Source of the DNA: Octopus vulgaris
Taxonomy: Eukaryota
NCBI GenBank assembly: GCA_951406725.2
Contig: OX597827.1
Coordinates: 37,262,001 to 37,326,000, forward strand
Reading direction: 5' to 3'
Length of the DNA stretch: 64,000 nt
Under the pieces are notes generated by a model. It was given only the letters and a program-made list of their open reading frames with translations. It did no database searches and was not told the DNA's origin. Every line of letters begins with the position of its first letter. Positions within the stretch are counted from its first letter, which is position 1. Position numbers and translations under genes: made by a program. Positions 26,089-39,579 of this stretch are shown here, one piece after another.

Positions 26089-26745
26089 CATATATAAAAA
26101 TACAAAATGGGACAAGAACGCAAAACATTCAAATAGATGACACAAAAAATGGACGGGTCATTCGAAGCCTCTAATCTTCAGTCAAGAACCGGATCATCCT
26201 CGCAATTTTGGCTGATTAATCTTGAGATCACTCCGATCCAGCCAGCCCCAAGGAAAAACTAAGCTACAAGCATTAGATTTCTTGGAAAAAGGATCGAATG
26301 TATATATGCAAACACACATGTATGTATGATGTATGTATGTATGTCTTTGTGTTTTTCCCCCTCCCCACGGCTTGACAGTCGGTTTTAGTTTGTTTATGTC
26401 CTAACTACTTAGCAGTTTGTCAAAAGAGACAATGTAATACATACCAGACTTAAAAAAGATAGTCCTGATAGTGCCCTAACATGGTCACAATCCAAAATCT
26501 GAAACAAGTAAGAGAAAAAGATTAATTCTAGTGAGAGTGGGGAAAACAAATCTGCAATTTAAATTAATTAAAATTAATTGTAAAGAGAAAATAGTGGTCA
26601 GTGACTTATGTTTGCCAGTACAGTGATACAGCTGAGTACATTTCATCGTTGTTCAACTGCATCAAGAAAATTTCATCTAATGATTAGCATTGTTAGGCCT
26701 AAGAAGACTTGTTTGTTTAAGATATATTTCACAATCTTTCTGTAA

Positions 26746-27130
26746 GGTGCAGGAGTGGCTGTGTGGTAAGTAGCTTGCTTACCAACCACATGGTTCTGGG
26801 TTCATTTCCACTGCGTGGCACCTTGGGCAAGTGTCTTCTGCTATAGCCTTGGGCCAACCAAAGTGAGTGGATTTGGTAGACGGAAACTGAAAGAAGCCCG
26901 TCATATATATGTATATATATGTATATGTTTGTGTGTCTGTGTTTGTCCCCCAACATCGCTTGACAACAGATGGTGGTGTGTTTACGTCCCCGTAACTTAG
27001 CGGTTCGGCAAAAGAGACCGATAGAATAAGTACTAGGCTTACAAAGAATAAGTCCTGTGGTCAATTTACTCGACTAAAGGCGGTGCTCCAGCATGGTTGT
27101 AGTCAAATGACTGAAACAAGTAAAAGAGTA
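26746..27130 (+). mobile_element. tRNA-derived SINE (family A), full length
   Basis: A box TGGCTGTGTGG, B box GGTTCATTTCC, CCTTGGGCAAGTG core and tail TGACTGAAACAAGTAAAAGAG. Confidence 0.93.
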
Positions 27131-28164
27131 TTGCATTCTTATACTTTCTTTTATTATATTTTTGATGATTTTGAATTACTTTATACTGTTTTTCTAGAAA
27201 AGGTATAACTGAATCACAGTATATCATAAGTTGAATCAAAGGGTTGTCGACAGGGACAGTTTGTGACCTTAAAACATGCCTCAGAAAATTCAGCCAATGT
27301 CAATTTAAAGCAATGATCATGATGATGGTGGGGGTGGTGGTGGTAGTGGTAACAAATTACAGTGTTTTTTCATCAAGAATGTAGCTGTACATTTTAGAAA
27401 ACCAAATGTTTGTTTGATACTCCACTCTAGAAATGCATTGTTAATCATGTCTGCTAATGAGACATATAAAGGTTTTAATTGCTTGCAATGGATATGCTCT
27501 CATGTTGGCATCCATCATACAGGCAATTAAATTTGTGAAATGTGTTGTTCCTTGTATAGAGTCTCTTGCCATTGTGACCAATACTAAATGTGATTATAGT
27601 ATCTGTTTCATCTGCATTGGTGTTAGATGTAGTACATGTTCTGTTGTGTAGTGTACTGTGTTTGTGTGTGTTCTCATACTTGTTATGAAGAAAAGTTTCC
27701 CTAATCTTGCATCTTTATATTGTATAGCTAACTTTAGTTCCATATAACTTCTCCCACTCATTGCATATGGTTATTGCTATTCAGTTGGTTTCTGCAATAA
27801 ACTTTATATCTATTATCAAGTTTCTCTGATGTTATACAAACAATGAGAGGATGGGAATAATAATATATAACCCAGTTTAACACTACCATGTGCTAGTTTA
27901 ACACCACCGTGTGTTCCTTTGTTGGCTTAACAGGAGTCTGCTATGTTGCAGCATTCAAACCAGGTTTGGAGATAACTTTCTTCCTTCATTTTATGTGTGT
28001 TGAAGACCTTGAAAATGTTTATGGATTTGGTCCTTCCTTTTAGGATTGTCATGTGCAATAAGTGAATAGAAAGACTCAGTACCAATATGGGAAAGATTAT
28101 ATATCATCAGTTATAACACCAGTCTGACCATCCACTTCCCTTGTAATGATAATAACTGTTTTTA

Positions 28165-28920
28165 ACATAAATTTAAGGGAGAAGGGTTGTTGATAAACTG
28201 AATTTACTATTTGACAGCTATTTTATTTATTTATTTATTTTATTTACTCTGAAAGGATGAAAGACAAAGTTGGCCTCAGCAGGATTTGAACTCAGAACAT
28301 ACAGAGCTGGAAAAAAGTGCAAGGCGTTTTGTCCAGCACTCTAGCATTTCTATAAATCCATCACCCTAACAATAATAATAATCCTTTCTAGTATAGGCAC
28401 AAGGCCTGAAATTTTGGGGGACAGTCTAGTCAATTAAATCAACCCCAGTTTGCAACTGGTACCTCATCAACCCCCAAAAGGATGAAAGGCAAAGTCGGCC
28501 TCAGTGAAATGATAATAATTACTTCAAATTTTAGTACAAGGTCAACAATGTGAGGGAGAGAGATTAGTCAACTACATTGACCCCAGTATTTAATTGGTAC
28601 CTATTTTATTGACCCTCAAAGGATGAAAGGCACAGTCCACTATGATGGTAGAACAAAAGTGCATTTTGTTTTATACGCTAATGATTTTGCCAACTTACCA
28701 CCTGAATAATAATAAAATGATAATAATAATTTTTTTTTTTCTACTATAGACACAAGACTTGATATTCGGTGGGCGGGAACTAGTCAATTGCATTGACCCA
28801 AGTACTTGACTGGTACTTATTCCATCAAAAGTATGAAAGGCAAAATGAAATTTTGTGGAATTTGAACTCAGAACATAAAGGCAGACAAAATGCCACTGTG
28901 TCTTGTTCAGTGTGCTAAAT
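28165..28920 (-). mobile_element. Four head-to-tail diverged Nin/Deu-core SINE copies
   Basis: (G)GATGAAAG(G)CA recurs at about 28255, 28480, 28621 and 28833, with ATAGGCACAAGGCCTGAAATTTTGGGG-like tails between copies. Confidence 0.7.
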
Positions 28921-29040
28921 AATAATGATGATGATGTTGATAATGGTGGTGGTGGTGGTGGTGGTGGTGGCAGTGGAGGTGGCGGCAGCGGTGATGATGA
29001 TGATGATGACAATGATGATGATGATAATGACGATGATGAC

Positions 29041-29070
<30 letters not shown>
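28921..29070. repeat. Compound (GAT)n/(GGT)n microsatellite
   Basis: Direct inspection. Confidence 0.95.
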
Positions 29071-29072
<2 letters not shown>

Positions 29073-30319
29073 CTTTATTAACCACAAGGGTTTACATTAA
29101 GAAACACATTATGAACAGTACAGGACAAAACAAAGAATGTGTGTGAGTGTGTGTTGTTATGAAGGTTTTGCGTGTAAACAAGACCAACAAAATTTTTCAA
29201 AATCAACAATGTGTGATCCTCAATTGAGAGGAGATGTTCGAGGGCTGCTCATGGAAAAATCCCATAATTCCATTAAAATCCCCACCACAACCAAGACCAC
29301 CATCATCACCACTACTACAAAGCAAATATAGAAACAGCAATCGTGATAACAACTATGAAGCGGGGAACAAGAAAGATAGCAACAACATCAAACAAATACA
29401 ATAACAAGAACAACAACATCAAACAACACTACAGTGGTAACAACAACATGAACATCAAACACTAGGCGTACCAAAAAAGAAACACCATAACAACAACAAT
29501 AGCAATAAGAACAATGTTAACAATAAAAGCAACAAACACCATTGTCAACAACAACAACAACAACTATTCTTAGCTCAAAATAAAATAGTTTCCGATAGAG
29601 CAGAGGGCGAAGGTGAGGAGTCTGAAACTGAATTATAGAAAATAGTATTATGTTTATTGAATAAGAAACCCCTCCCTTTCTCTAAAAATATGGAAGCTTA
29701 ATATCGAAATGATTTGTGAGTCACTATAGTAACAACACTAACACTTTCAACAGCAACAATGAAAGCTTCTGTGGCTACATGATCTGTTAGAAATAACAGC
29801 CAGATTCCTCCAACTCACACCCCACTGTCTTAAAGCTAGAAGGACAATGGAAAAAGTAGTTTTGAACATAGATATACTTGATTGAGGCAGATCTGAGGTT
29901 AAGCAACATCACTAGTAACACTTTTTGTCAGTAAACAGAGGGAAAAATGAAAGATACATGAGATTCTGTACTTTAAATAGAGTATGTATGAAATACAAAT
30001 GGGATGGTCATGACTGGACTACCTTTATTCATAGGTCAACTTATTAGGGACTAACCCAGGGCTAATCAACTACAACATTAGTCAGCAGTTCTGACATCAA
30101 GAAAAATGGATTTTGTCTCATTGAAAAATAATAATAACATAGAATATTGTTTTTATTGACTTGGGGTTCAGTTCTAATTGAGATACCCCCAGAGGGAACT
30201 TATACAGAGCTGCTCAACATGCTAGACACAGCAGTCAAATCTCCTGCAAATCTTATCTTCTTAAAAAAGAAGGGCATATTGGGCAATGTCACTATCATGA
30301 TGATGATGCTGTTCTTTAT

Positions 30320-31860
30320 GGTTTACTCCCAAAAATGTGTCACAAGGTGGTTTATAACAAAATGAACAAAAAGTTAAGAAAGGAAATTAAGAAAATAAAC
30401 CCACCTATGTCAGTGCACATGACGGGGTCTGAGGGTTTACCTAAGCACTCCAGATGCACCCTGGTGAGCAAGGAAGAAATGAGTAGGCTAATAGCAAAAT
30501 AAGGATCAGAGATCAGAGACCTGGATAGGAAAATGGTGGGCTTTTGTTACCTATATTTCGGCAATGACTAACTGATGATAATGTAATAATTTGTTTTACA
30601 AGAGGTTTAAAAAGTCTATATGAGGTCACTCATATTGTGGGGTCGAGTGGCCTTCATTCAATTTTTCCCTATTTATAACCATCTTCACTATTTGTTTTTC
30701 TTTTTTTTCCCCAGTTATATGTTTGTCTGTTCTTGTATTGTCCTTCTTTGTAGCTCCATGTGGGTGATTAAGAATATATCATACCAATACAACCTTAATA
30801 TCCCAACAATTATTCAAGCTGATCACATGGGGGAATGGTGTTTGCCTCTATTTTGGATGAAAACACCAAGTCTCATTGAATTCCCTGACGTTGTCATAAA
30901 GACAACAATAAATCAAGGAGCGCTATTCATAGATGACATCTTTTGAGTGGTTATCTCCCTTGGATTTCACTGCTGGGCAAACAGTTGTGTCAGATGGTAA
31001 ATTTGTTTACATTATCTTATATTATACACTCGGTGTATGTGATGTTCATATGCTTGTGTGCTGAGGTAGTTCTTCCTGAGTTCATATTTCTTCTGTGAGT
31101 GGAGTTTGTGTGTTATATATATTCAAATCTCACATTCAGGAAAGGGGCTATCCTGGTGGGATTAGTGTCACAGGAGGTGGTTCCTCTTTGATGCGTTTAA
31201 GTGTGAAATATTGCCTTGTATGGGGGGGGGGGCGGGGAGAAAAGATTTAATGCGTAATGTTTAGGGTGTTATCTGTTGACTGTACGATATTTAATATTTC
31301 AGTGATACTGAATTCACATTTGACACCCTGTCCTCTGTATTTTCTGGCTTTAGCAATGATGTACCATTTTATCTGGGGGTTACTTATTCTACCTTCTTTT
31401 AATGTCCATATCATATTGGATAGAGATGTTGCATGTTTTTATTTTTGTATCTGAATGACTCCAGGTGTTGTGTGCACCTTTCCTTGAACGAGTTATCCAT
31501 CATTCCAATATACATCTTTGCTACTCCATTGAGGTCTGTGATTTTGGACTTGTATAGTATGTTTTTTTCAATACAGTTATTCAGAGGGAAGTGGTTTGGA
31601 GATTTAAAGTTGTATTGTCTTTCGGGGGGTATCTTTTATTGTGGTTCAGTATTTGCTATAAGATGGGTTAAACCACAAGAATTTTCCTATGCACCTTCTT
31701 AGTCTTTTTGTATTTGGTTCAATGTAGTTTGTGCTATTGTTGAAGTTGGCCTTTTCTAATGCAGCAAAAACTGGGTTAATAGCCAGGTGAAATATTTTCT
31801 GTACTGGATAACAAAGCTTTCTGTACAGGCTAACAAATCTGTCCTGTGGTAGATGAGGGA
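30320..31860 (-). mobile_element. Possible very old LINE relic, clade uncertain
   Basis: Complex sequence, A-rich on the minus strand, with short peptide remnants (RLRRCIGKFLW). No diagnostic motif was confidently read. Confidence 0.25.
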
Positions 31861-31865
31861 ATCCA

Positions 31866-32028
31866 GGTGCAGGATTGGCTGTGTGGTAAGTAGCTTGCTT
31901 ACCAATCACATGATTCTGGGTTCAGTCCCACTGTGTGGCACCTTGGGCAAGTGTCTTCTTCTATAGCCTCGGGCCGACCAAAGTCTTGTGAGTGGATTTG
32001 GTAGACGGAAACTGAAAGAAGCACATCG

Positions 32029-32083
<55 letters not shown>

Positions 32084-32312
32084 GTGTGTGCATATGTTTG
32101 TGTGTGTGTGTGTGTGTATTTGTTCCCCCACATTGCTTGACAACTGATGCTGATGTGTTTACGTCCCCGTAACTTAGCAGTTTGGCAAAAAGACACCGAT
32201 AGAATAAGTACTAGGCTTACAAAGAATAAGTCCTGGGGTCGATTTGTTCAACTAAAGGTGGTGTTCCAGCATGGCTACAGTCAAGTGACTGAAACAAGTA
32301 ACAGAGTAAAAG
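31866..32312 (+). mobile_element. tRNA-derived SINE (family A), full length
   Basis: Same head, core and tail as 26746-27130. Confidence 0.93.
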
Positions 32313-33414
32313 AGAGAGAAATCAGAAGTCAGCATGCTGTCACCAGTCAAATTTGTAAATTTGAGGTATAGTCACCAAATAAAATTAGTATGTTGATATG
32401 GAGTGATATATGAAATACACACAGATAATGGATTTTTATACATTTATTCCAGTGTTTCACATGTTGTCAAAAAAATATTTGGGCGATCTGGTTCCATACT
32501 GTAATCACATCAGTCAATTGATCCATAGCCAATAGACTATAAAAATAGAGACTGGACCTGCTCCTTTATCGTCTTCAGAGCTGCAACATGCTGACTGCCA
32601 AAAATTAAAAAAAATTTTTAGTTGGAATCTACATTGATAACAAGCTAAAGGAGGATTCCTCTTGGAGTTGAAAATAGAAGTAACATCAGTTCATACAGAA
32701 CTGCTGTCTTGAAGATCTTAAGTATATTTGAAAACTAAGTAATCTATTTTAAGTATTTGGTCAGTGCTACACTAGCAACAGGAAGAAGGACTGTTATTGC
32801 CATAAGTGTCCAAGATTCATAAATCTCACCAGGAAAAGATTGAAATCTGATATTTTGCCATTTTATTAAGCGTTATTGCAGGACACAAGGAATACTATGT
32901 TGAAAATTAGGACTAGATTTTGAAATGTTAGTAGAAAGAAGGGAGTTTTAAGTTATGACAAGAATACATTAACAGATTGAAGACATGTTGAATTATTTAA
33001 AGAGAGAGAACAATTCACTATTCCCTATATATTAAGATATTTGGCTTCCAGTTAATAATGCAGATAAGAATACTAATAAACTGAATTCATAAAGCTATAA
33101 TATAATACAATATAGTAAAAGAAAGATAGCCAAAATAATAGATTGTAAAAAAAAAACAAAAGGTGGAGGAGATTAAGACAAAGGATAGATTAATTAGAAA
33201 AATTAAGGAAATTTAAAGTGAAAATCCTCTTACATATATAATAAGTAGAAAAAACAAAACAAATGAAAAGAAAACATCTGAAATATCTAATTTAAAATGC
33301 CAATAACACTAAATTATTGTACCAGGAAAAGACAGATGGGAATTATTATATCAAGGTGCAATCCAATGGTCATTCCTGACTGAAGGGGGTCTCCTCCTCC
33401 TCGTCTTATTATTA

Positions 33415-34020
33415 AGGTGGTGAGCTGGTAGAATCATTAGCATGCTTGGCAAAAATTCTTGGCATTTTACCTATGTTTACATCTGGGGTGTGGAGGTGCA
33501 ATGGCCCAGTGGTTAGGGCAGTGGACTCACTGTTGTGAGATTGCAGTTTCAATTCCCAGACCAAGCATTGTGAGTGTTTATTGAGCAAAAACACCTAAAG
33601 CTCTACAAGGCTGCAGCAGGGGAGGGGCGAACCCTGCTGTAATCTTTCACCACAACTTTCACTCTTTCTTCCTGTTTCTATTGTATCTGTATTTCAAAGG
33701 GCCAGCCTTGTTACACACTGTGTCATGTAGAATCTCCCTAAGAACTATGTTAAAGATGCATGTGTCTGTGGATTGCTTGGCCACTTACACGTTAATTTCA
33801 TGAGCAAGCTGCTCCGTTGATCGGATCAGCTGGAACCCTCGTTGTCATAACCAACAGAGTGCCACGACAACATATGGAGTTCAAATTCTGTCAAGGTTGA
33901 CTTTACCTTTCATCCTGTCAGGGTTGATGAAATAAGCACCATTTGAACACAGGGGTTGATGTTATTGACTTATTTCCTCCCCTAAAATTTCTAGTTTGGT
34001 GCAAAAATTTGAAACCATTA
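33415..34020 (+). mobile_element. Nin/Deu-core SINE interrupted by a second SINE
   Basis: The head GGTGGTGAGCTGGTAGAATCATTAGC ends at about 33485. GAGTTCAAATTCTG..ACCTTTCATCCTGTCAGGGTTGATGAAATAAGCACC resumes at about 33877. Confidence 0.8.
33492..33868 (+). mobile_element. tRNA-derived SINE (third family), nested
   Basis: tRNA-like head GGAGGTGCAATGGCCCAGTGGTTAGGGCAGTGGACTC..GTTTCAATTCCC with A and B boxes. Confidence 0.8.
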
Positions 34021-34060
34021 CTATTATTATTATTATTATTATTATTATTATCATCATCAG

Positions 34061-34129
<69 letters not shown>

Positions 34130-34196
34130 CATTATTATTATTATCATTATTATTATTATTATTATTATTTATTATTATTTATCATCATCATCATCA

Positions 34197-34251
<55 letters not shown>

Positions 34252-34262
34252 CATTATTATTA

Positions 34263-34297
<35 letters not shown>
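34020..34297. repeat. (ATT/ATC)n microsatellite
   Basis: Direct inspection. Confidence 0.97.
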
Positions 34298-34853
34298 GAG
34301 TGAGAGAGCAGTTCATGCCATCAAAGTGACACTGGGGTAAAATATACGAAGCCCAATATACCCGTCATGACTACCCGTCTGATAAGGGTACACCAGGCAC
34401 ATGCATCACAACCATATGTGCGCGACATGGTGATCTCATATCAAGATAAACAGCACATGACCTTGCAGGTGGGGCTCAGTTAAAATTTTCTTCAGGTTGA
34501 GTAGCCCATGCCGATCAAAAGGTCCCTGAATAAGGGTTATTTAAGGATGTTGAAAGAACCACCCATGTTTCCATAGGTCAATTATTCAAACCCCAAAGAA
34601 TCCCTCTCAACACATGGCTATGATTCTCCCCCACTACTTCTGCTCGCGATCAGAGATGCACATATCGTCAGCCACTAAGGGACATGCTCAACTGGTTAAA
34701 GTCAAACAACTGACAAGCAAATCTGTGGTATTGAGCAGAATATTTGCTGTAGCCCATCTTTTATACCAAGACAAAACAATGTACATGATAACACTTCCAA
34801 TCAGTTAAGATCAGAAGCCATGAGAGCCAGTGCCTGGTACTGCATCAGGGCAT

Positions 34854-34855
<2 letters not shown>
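34298..34855 (-). mobile_element. About 555-bp non-coding retroposon inserted in (AAT)n
   Basis: Flanked on both sides by (ATT)n. Its 3' end (GTCACTTTGATGGCATGAACTGCTCTCTCACTC then AATAATAAT) recurs, diverged, on the plus strand at 46805-46915. Confidence 0.8.
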
Positions 34856-34914
<59 letters not shown>

Positions 34915-35335
34915 CATTATTATTATTATTATTAATGTTGTTGTTGTTGTTACATAGATAGGCTGAACCATTTATCATGAATTCCCTAAATAATATAGTG
35001 AGATTTCAGATTTACAAATCTTCAATGCTTACTGCAATAGTGGCTCCTTTTTCCTGTTGCCAGTATAATATTGAACAAATATTTGCTCAAAATAATAGAG
35101 GACCTAGTTTTCAAGTAATAACTTTTTGGTCAAATTCCTAGCTTTTGGCAGCTCTGAAAATAAAGAAGCAGGTCCATTTTGAATTTTTTCACCTGATCAA
35201 CTATAGATTGATTGATTAATAGGATTACACTATGGAACCAGATCTCTCTAATATTTTATTGGAAACATAAATCTAGAATAAACATATAAAAATTTATTAT
35301 ATATATGTACACACACACACATGTATATGGACACA

Positions 35336-35712
35336 GGCATGGCTGTGTGATAAGAAGCTTACTTCTGAGTCACATTGTTCTGGGTTCAGTCCCAATGCAT
35401 AGAACCTTGGGCAAGTGTCTTCAACTATATCCTCAGGCCTTGTGAATGAATTTGGTGGACAGTGTGTGTGTGTGTGCGTGTGTGTGTGTGTGCGTGTGTG
35501 TGTGTCTTTGTATCTGTGTTTGTCCCCACCCCCATTACTGCTTGACATCCTGTGTTGGTATGTTTACTTCCCTGTAACTTAGCAGTTCAGTAAGAGACCA
35601 ACAGAATAAGTGCTAGGCTTAATGAATAAGTCCTGGAGTTTGATTTGTTTGACTAAAACCTTTCAGTGTAATGTTCCAGCATAGCCACAGTCAAATGACC
35701 AAAACAAGAAAG
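35336..35712 (+). mobile_element. tRNA-derived SINE (family A), diverged
   Basis: GGCATGGCTGTGTGATAAG..GGGTTCAGTCCC..CCTTGGGCAAGTG..CAGTCAAATGAC. Confidence 0.85.
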
Positions 35713-36054
35713 AGAGACAGAGAGATAGATTGATAAAAAGCATCAATACTGGGCATATTTCATCAAGTTGGTGTCATGATAAAAAGTACCTAGTATACTC
35801 TGTAAGGTGATTGGTGATTGAAAGGGCATCTGTATGGAGAAACATTGTCAAATAGAAGCATATGAGTGAGACATGATCCCCTGTCTTGTCTAGTGAAGCA
35901 GTGATTTCAAATATGAACTCATACCATGACAAGCTATTCAACCTATGCCAACATGGAAAGTGAATGGGAAGTGATGATAATGATGATGATCATTATTTAA
36001 GACAAACAATATTCAAATATTTGGAGAATAAAGCAATTCCTTCTTCAATGTGAA

Positions 36055-36702
36055 TTAAATGGCAATGAAAGTTAGAAGACAGAATTCAAAATTTCCCAAA
36101 TGGGAAGGAGATCATATTTCATAAAAAATGTTAGTGGATATTGATATATTCTATATATCGTTCTTTTGACAGAAAACTGTTTTTAAGAGAAACACAATCT
36201 TTTAGAATGTTTGGCAGACGATGTAAATAAATGAATATATAAGTAAATAAATAAAGGTGTTTTAACTCAATATTGCTGCATATGTATATATCTGAAATAT
36301 TTGTGTTACATAGGAGAGAACTCAATCCAACAGAATGGAAGAATGATAAATATATTTATATATTACTTTCAAAAGAAACAACATATATTTAATATATATT
36401 TTATATTACTCTGTGAGTTTGATGGATTGAGTTCTCTCTAATGTTTAACAAATATTACAAATATACAAAATACAGCAATATTTGGTTAAAATACTATTAG
36501 TTATTTATATATTTATTCATATCATCCACCGAAGATTCTATGAGGTTGTGTTTCTCTTAAAATAGTTTTCTGCCGAGAGAATGATATACAAAATATAACA
36601 TCAACAGCTACTGATATTTTTATGAAATAGGATCTCATTCCCATTCAGGAAATTTTGAATTTTTGAATGATTTTGTCTTGTAGCTCACATTACCATTTAT
36701 TT
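36055..36702. repeat. Fold-back element with about 280-bp diverged inverted arms
   Basis: ATTCAAAATTTCC..GAGATC.TATTTCATAAAAA..AAGAGAAACACAA..GAGAGAACTCAATCCA is mirrored by TGGATTGAGTTCTCTC..TTGTGTTTCTCTT..TTTTTATGAAATAGGATCTC..GGAAATTTTGAAT. Confidence 0.85.
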
Positions 36703-36850
36703 CTTGCTGAAAATTCTACTAAATATCAAACCACATTTTTTCTTTGAGATGTTTCAATACAAATTTTTTGTTATAAAAAAAACTTCTCTACTTCACTCTA
36801 TTAATGACACTTGCTTTGTGACATAAAAATGTCTAAAATAAATGCCATTA

Positions 36851-36941
<91 letters not shown>

Positions 36942-38011
36942 CTACATACATATAGTGTATACACACATACAGACCTACATATATTTATATATATTTTCAA
37001 ATAGTAGAGTCTGAAAAGGCCTGCTGATATGGGATTTGGAAGGATATTTTTCGTGTTGGTTAAGGGTAAATGCATGGCCTTTGCTTATGAATCCCCTATT
37101 TTCATAAATCTTTCAATTCACTTTCCATTGTTACTTGTTATAGGTAGCACCATGTATTTGACATGTATGCATGCACACTCACACACACACACACATACAT
37201 AATACAATATACACACATATATATGCACACACACCCATAACCATACCTATATTGTGTATAATTAGCACTGGTTACAAATGAGGAGTATTTTGAAATGGGA
37301 ATCACTTTTTACATCTGACCTTATGGGCTTAGCTTATGTTTGCTCTGCATAGGCCTCTGTATGTATACATACATATACATATGTGCATACATATGTACAT
37401 ACATACATAACAAATTAGAAGTTCAGGTTTATACTTGTAGTTCTTGGGTACTGGAATATGTAACACACTGCCTAAATACCAATCTGGAGAAATTAAGCTT
37501 CTCAAAATGAGAAAGGAGAAAGCTGATTCAAAGGCTACAGTTTCAAGCCATCTCTGAAACTATAAAAATCTGTAAAACTTTCCAGAAGTTTATCATTTAA
37601 GTAAATATATGCATGTATAAACGTGTAGTTATATGCATAAGAATACATACATAAAGCAAAACATACAAATCTAAATACATACATACGTTCATATGGGTAT
37701 ATAATCATCATTTAATGTCCAACTTCCAAGCTAGTATGTATTAAACTATATGCACACACACACACACACACATATAAACAGCAGTTTGCAATGTTTCACT
37801 AAAGAAGAGAATTACAATTGTCACTAAATGTGACTAGGGTGTTAGGAAACACTCACATTGCTAGAAATAAGAGCTAAATCACTCTAATGCTATTAAACTA
37901 TAGCATTAATGCTATTAAACTATAGAATTAAAGCACTTGAATTAAAGCACTTGAATGAAAACATATACACTAACAGGGACTATAATCATCCAAAAAGTGC
38001 CAGTTAAGAAT

Positions 38012-38064
38012 TCTTAATATTGACGCATCAGTTTCAGCAATTTCCATTGCCTCATCAGTTAAAA
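38012..38064 (-). ncRNA. Type I hammerhead ribozyme motif (Penelope/retrozyme-like)
   Basis: Minus strand reads UUUUAA-CUGAUGA-GGCAAU(GGAA)AUUGCU-GAAA-CUGAUGCGUCAA-UA^-UUAAGA. It has a 6-bp stem I, intact core, 6-bp stem II with GNRA loop and a quasi-palindromic stem III with one C.A mismatch. Confidence 0.72.
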
Positions 38065-38195
38065 CAGCTCAGCTTTGGCTCTTTCTGGACTCTCTTCGCC
38101 ATTATTATTTATGTTTCCGTTATCCAAATAATTGAATGATTTAGTGATTCCCTGATGTGTATACATATAAAATTAATATAAACATCACTTTGCAA

Positions 38196-38231
<36 letters not shown>

Positions 38232-39345
38232 GGGGGTAGTAAGGTAGCTAAACACAGGCTTGAGACATATCCCTGTCTTTACATGGAGCACAAAATACAG
38301 ATTATAAAATAAAAAAATATATTGAAAAAAATAATCTTATTTCAACAGCTGTTTCAGGAAGCCAAACTCACATAATAACCATTTATAAACCCACCTACAT
38401 ACACCACTTCAAGTCCCAGAATTTTCCTTATACATTATCCTAGTCCATATGTTTTTGTGGGAGCCCATTCAATGCTAAGCTTTGTATTTGTATATTATGT
38501 TGCTGGGAATCACTCACAATATTACATAAAAATGAGACTGCTTAATCGATTCTCTGACAATTTTCTCCTACAGAATAAATTCTTTGGCACTCATTATGTA
38601 ATGTCATTATAATTTCTTCTTATCTTAGCTAGAAAATTTTTTTCTCGCTGCACTTGTATTATGTCCTACTACTCCTACTGTTTTGGTTTTATATTTAATC
38701 TTCCCACTCCTGTGTATCTATTGCCTCAGATTCTTAGTTGTCTTATTTTCATCTACTTTGATCCCCATTAAGTGAACTAACAATAATTTCCTTCAGTCAG
38801 CTACTAACATTTATCTTCTTTATATATGGTCTTTTCCTGATTGTTCTTCATCTTGTCTTGCCTCTTAACTACCACACTCTCTCTCATTATTTCCATTTGC
38901 TTTCTGTAGCCCTTACTCTGCTCACTTCCCTTTAAACTTTTGTATGTATAAACACTTCTAAATAACTTGTATTTGCCACTCTACTTTTGAAAAAGGAGGC
39001 CAAATTTACTTAACAATTTTGTCTGGACTTGTCAATGGTTGCACACATTTAGCATCATGTGTATCCCACTAATGAATATGGTCATTACATATGATTGACC
39101 TCTTAAAACAGTTGTTGAGATAACACATTATATAATGTTCTTATTTTTCTTTATTTTATAATCTTTGTTTTGTTTTCCATGTCTCAAGACTAACTGTTTT
39201 TATCTATCTGACTACATTTTTAACAGATCTATTTGGATTGCTCTTATTGCCACTTCACATTCATTTGAACACTATTCTATATTATTCATACTGCACTTAT
39301 TTTACTCTTGCCTACTCACACTCTCTTTCTCTCTCTCTCTCTCTG

Positions 39346-39436
<91 letters not shown>

Positions 39437-39579
39437 ATTTAGGAATGGTCATTTTGCCAGTTTAGCCGATAAAAACACACGCACTATATATTTGGTGTTA
39501 CTTTGCTTCAGTGTTATTTATTTTTTACATTAAACTTAATCTTAATCTTATTTCGGCCAGAGTTCTTTCGTCACACGAA

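Noticed and set aside
26090-26300. Hammerhead in a Penelope-like repeat (minus strand CUCAAGA..AAAA or CUGAAGA..GAAU)
   Set aside because: Core boxes are mutated and I could not build consistent stems.
26746-26830. tRNA genes at SINE heads
   Set aside because: A and B boxes are present but there is no complete cloverleaf, and they continue into SINE bodies.
27380-28120. Possible LINE ORF1 relic, likewise 46950-48400
   Set aside because: Too degenerate to read any diagnostic motif by eye.
28903-29100. Gly/Asp-rich protein ORF
   Set aside because: Entirely explained by (GGT)n/(GAT)n microsatellite.
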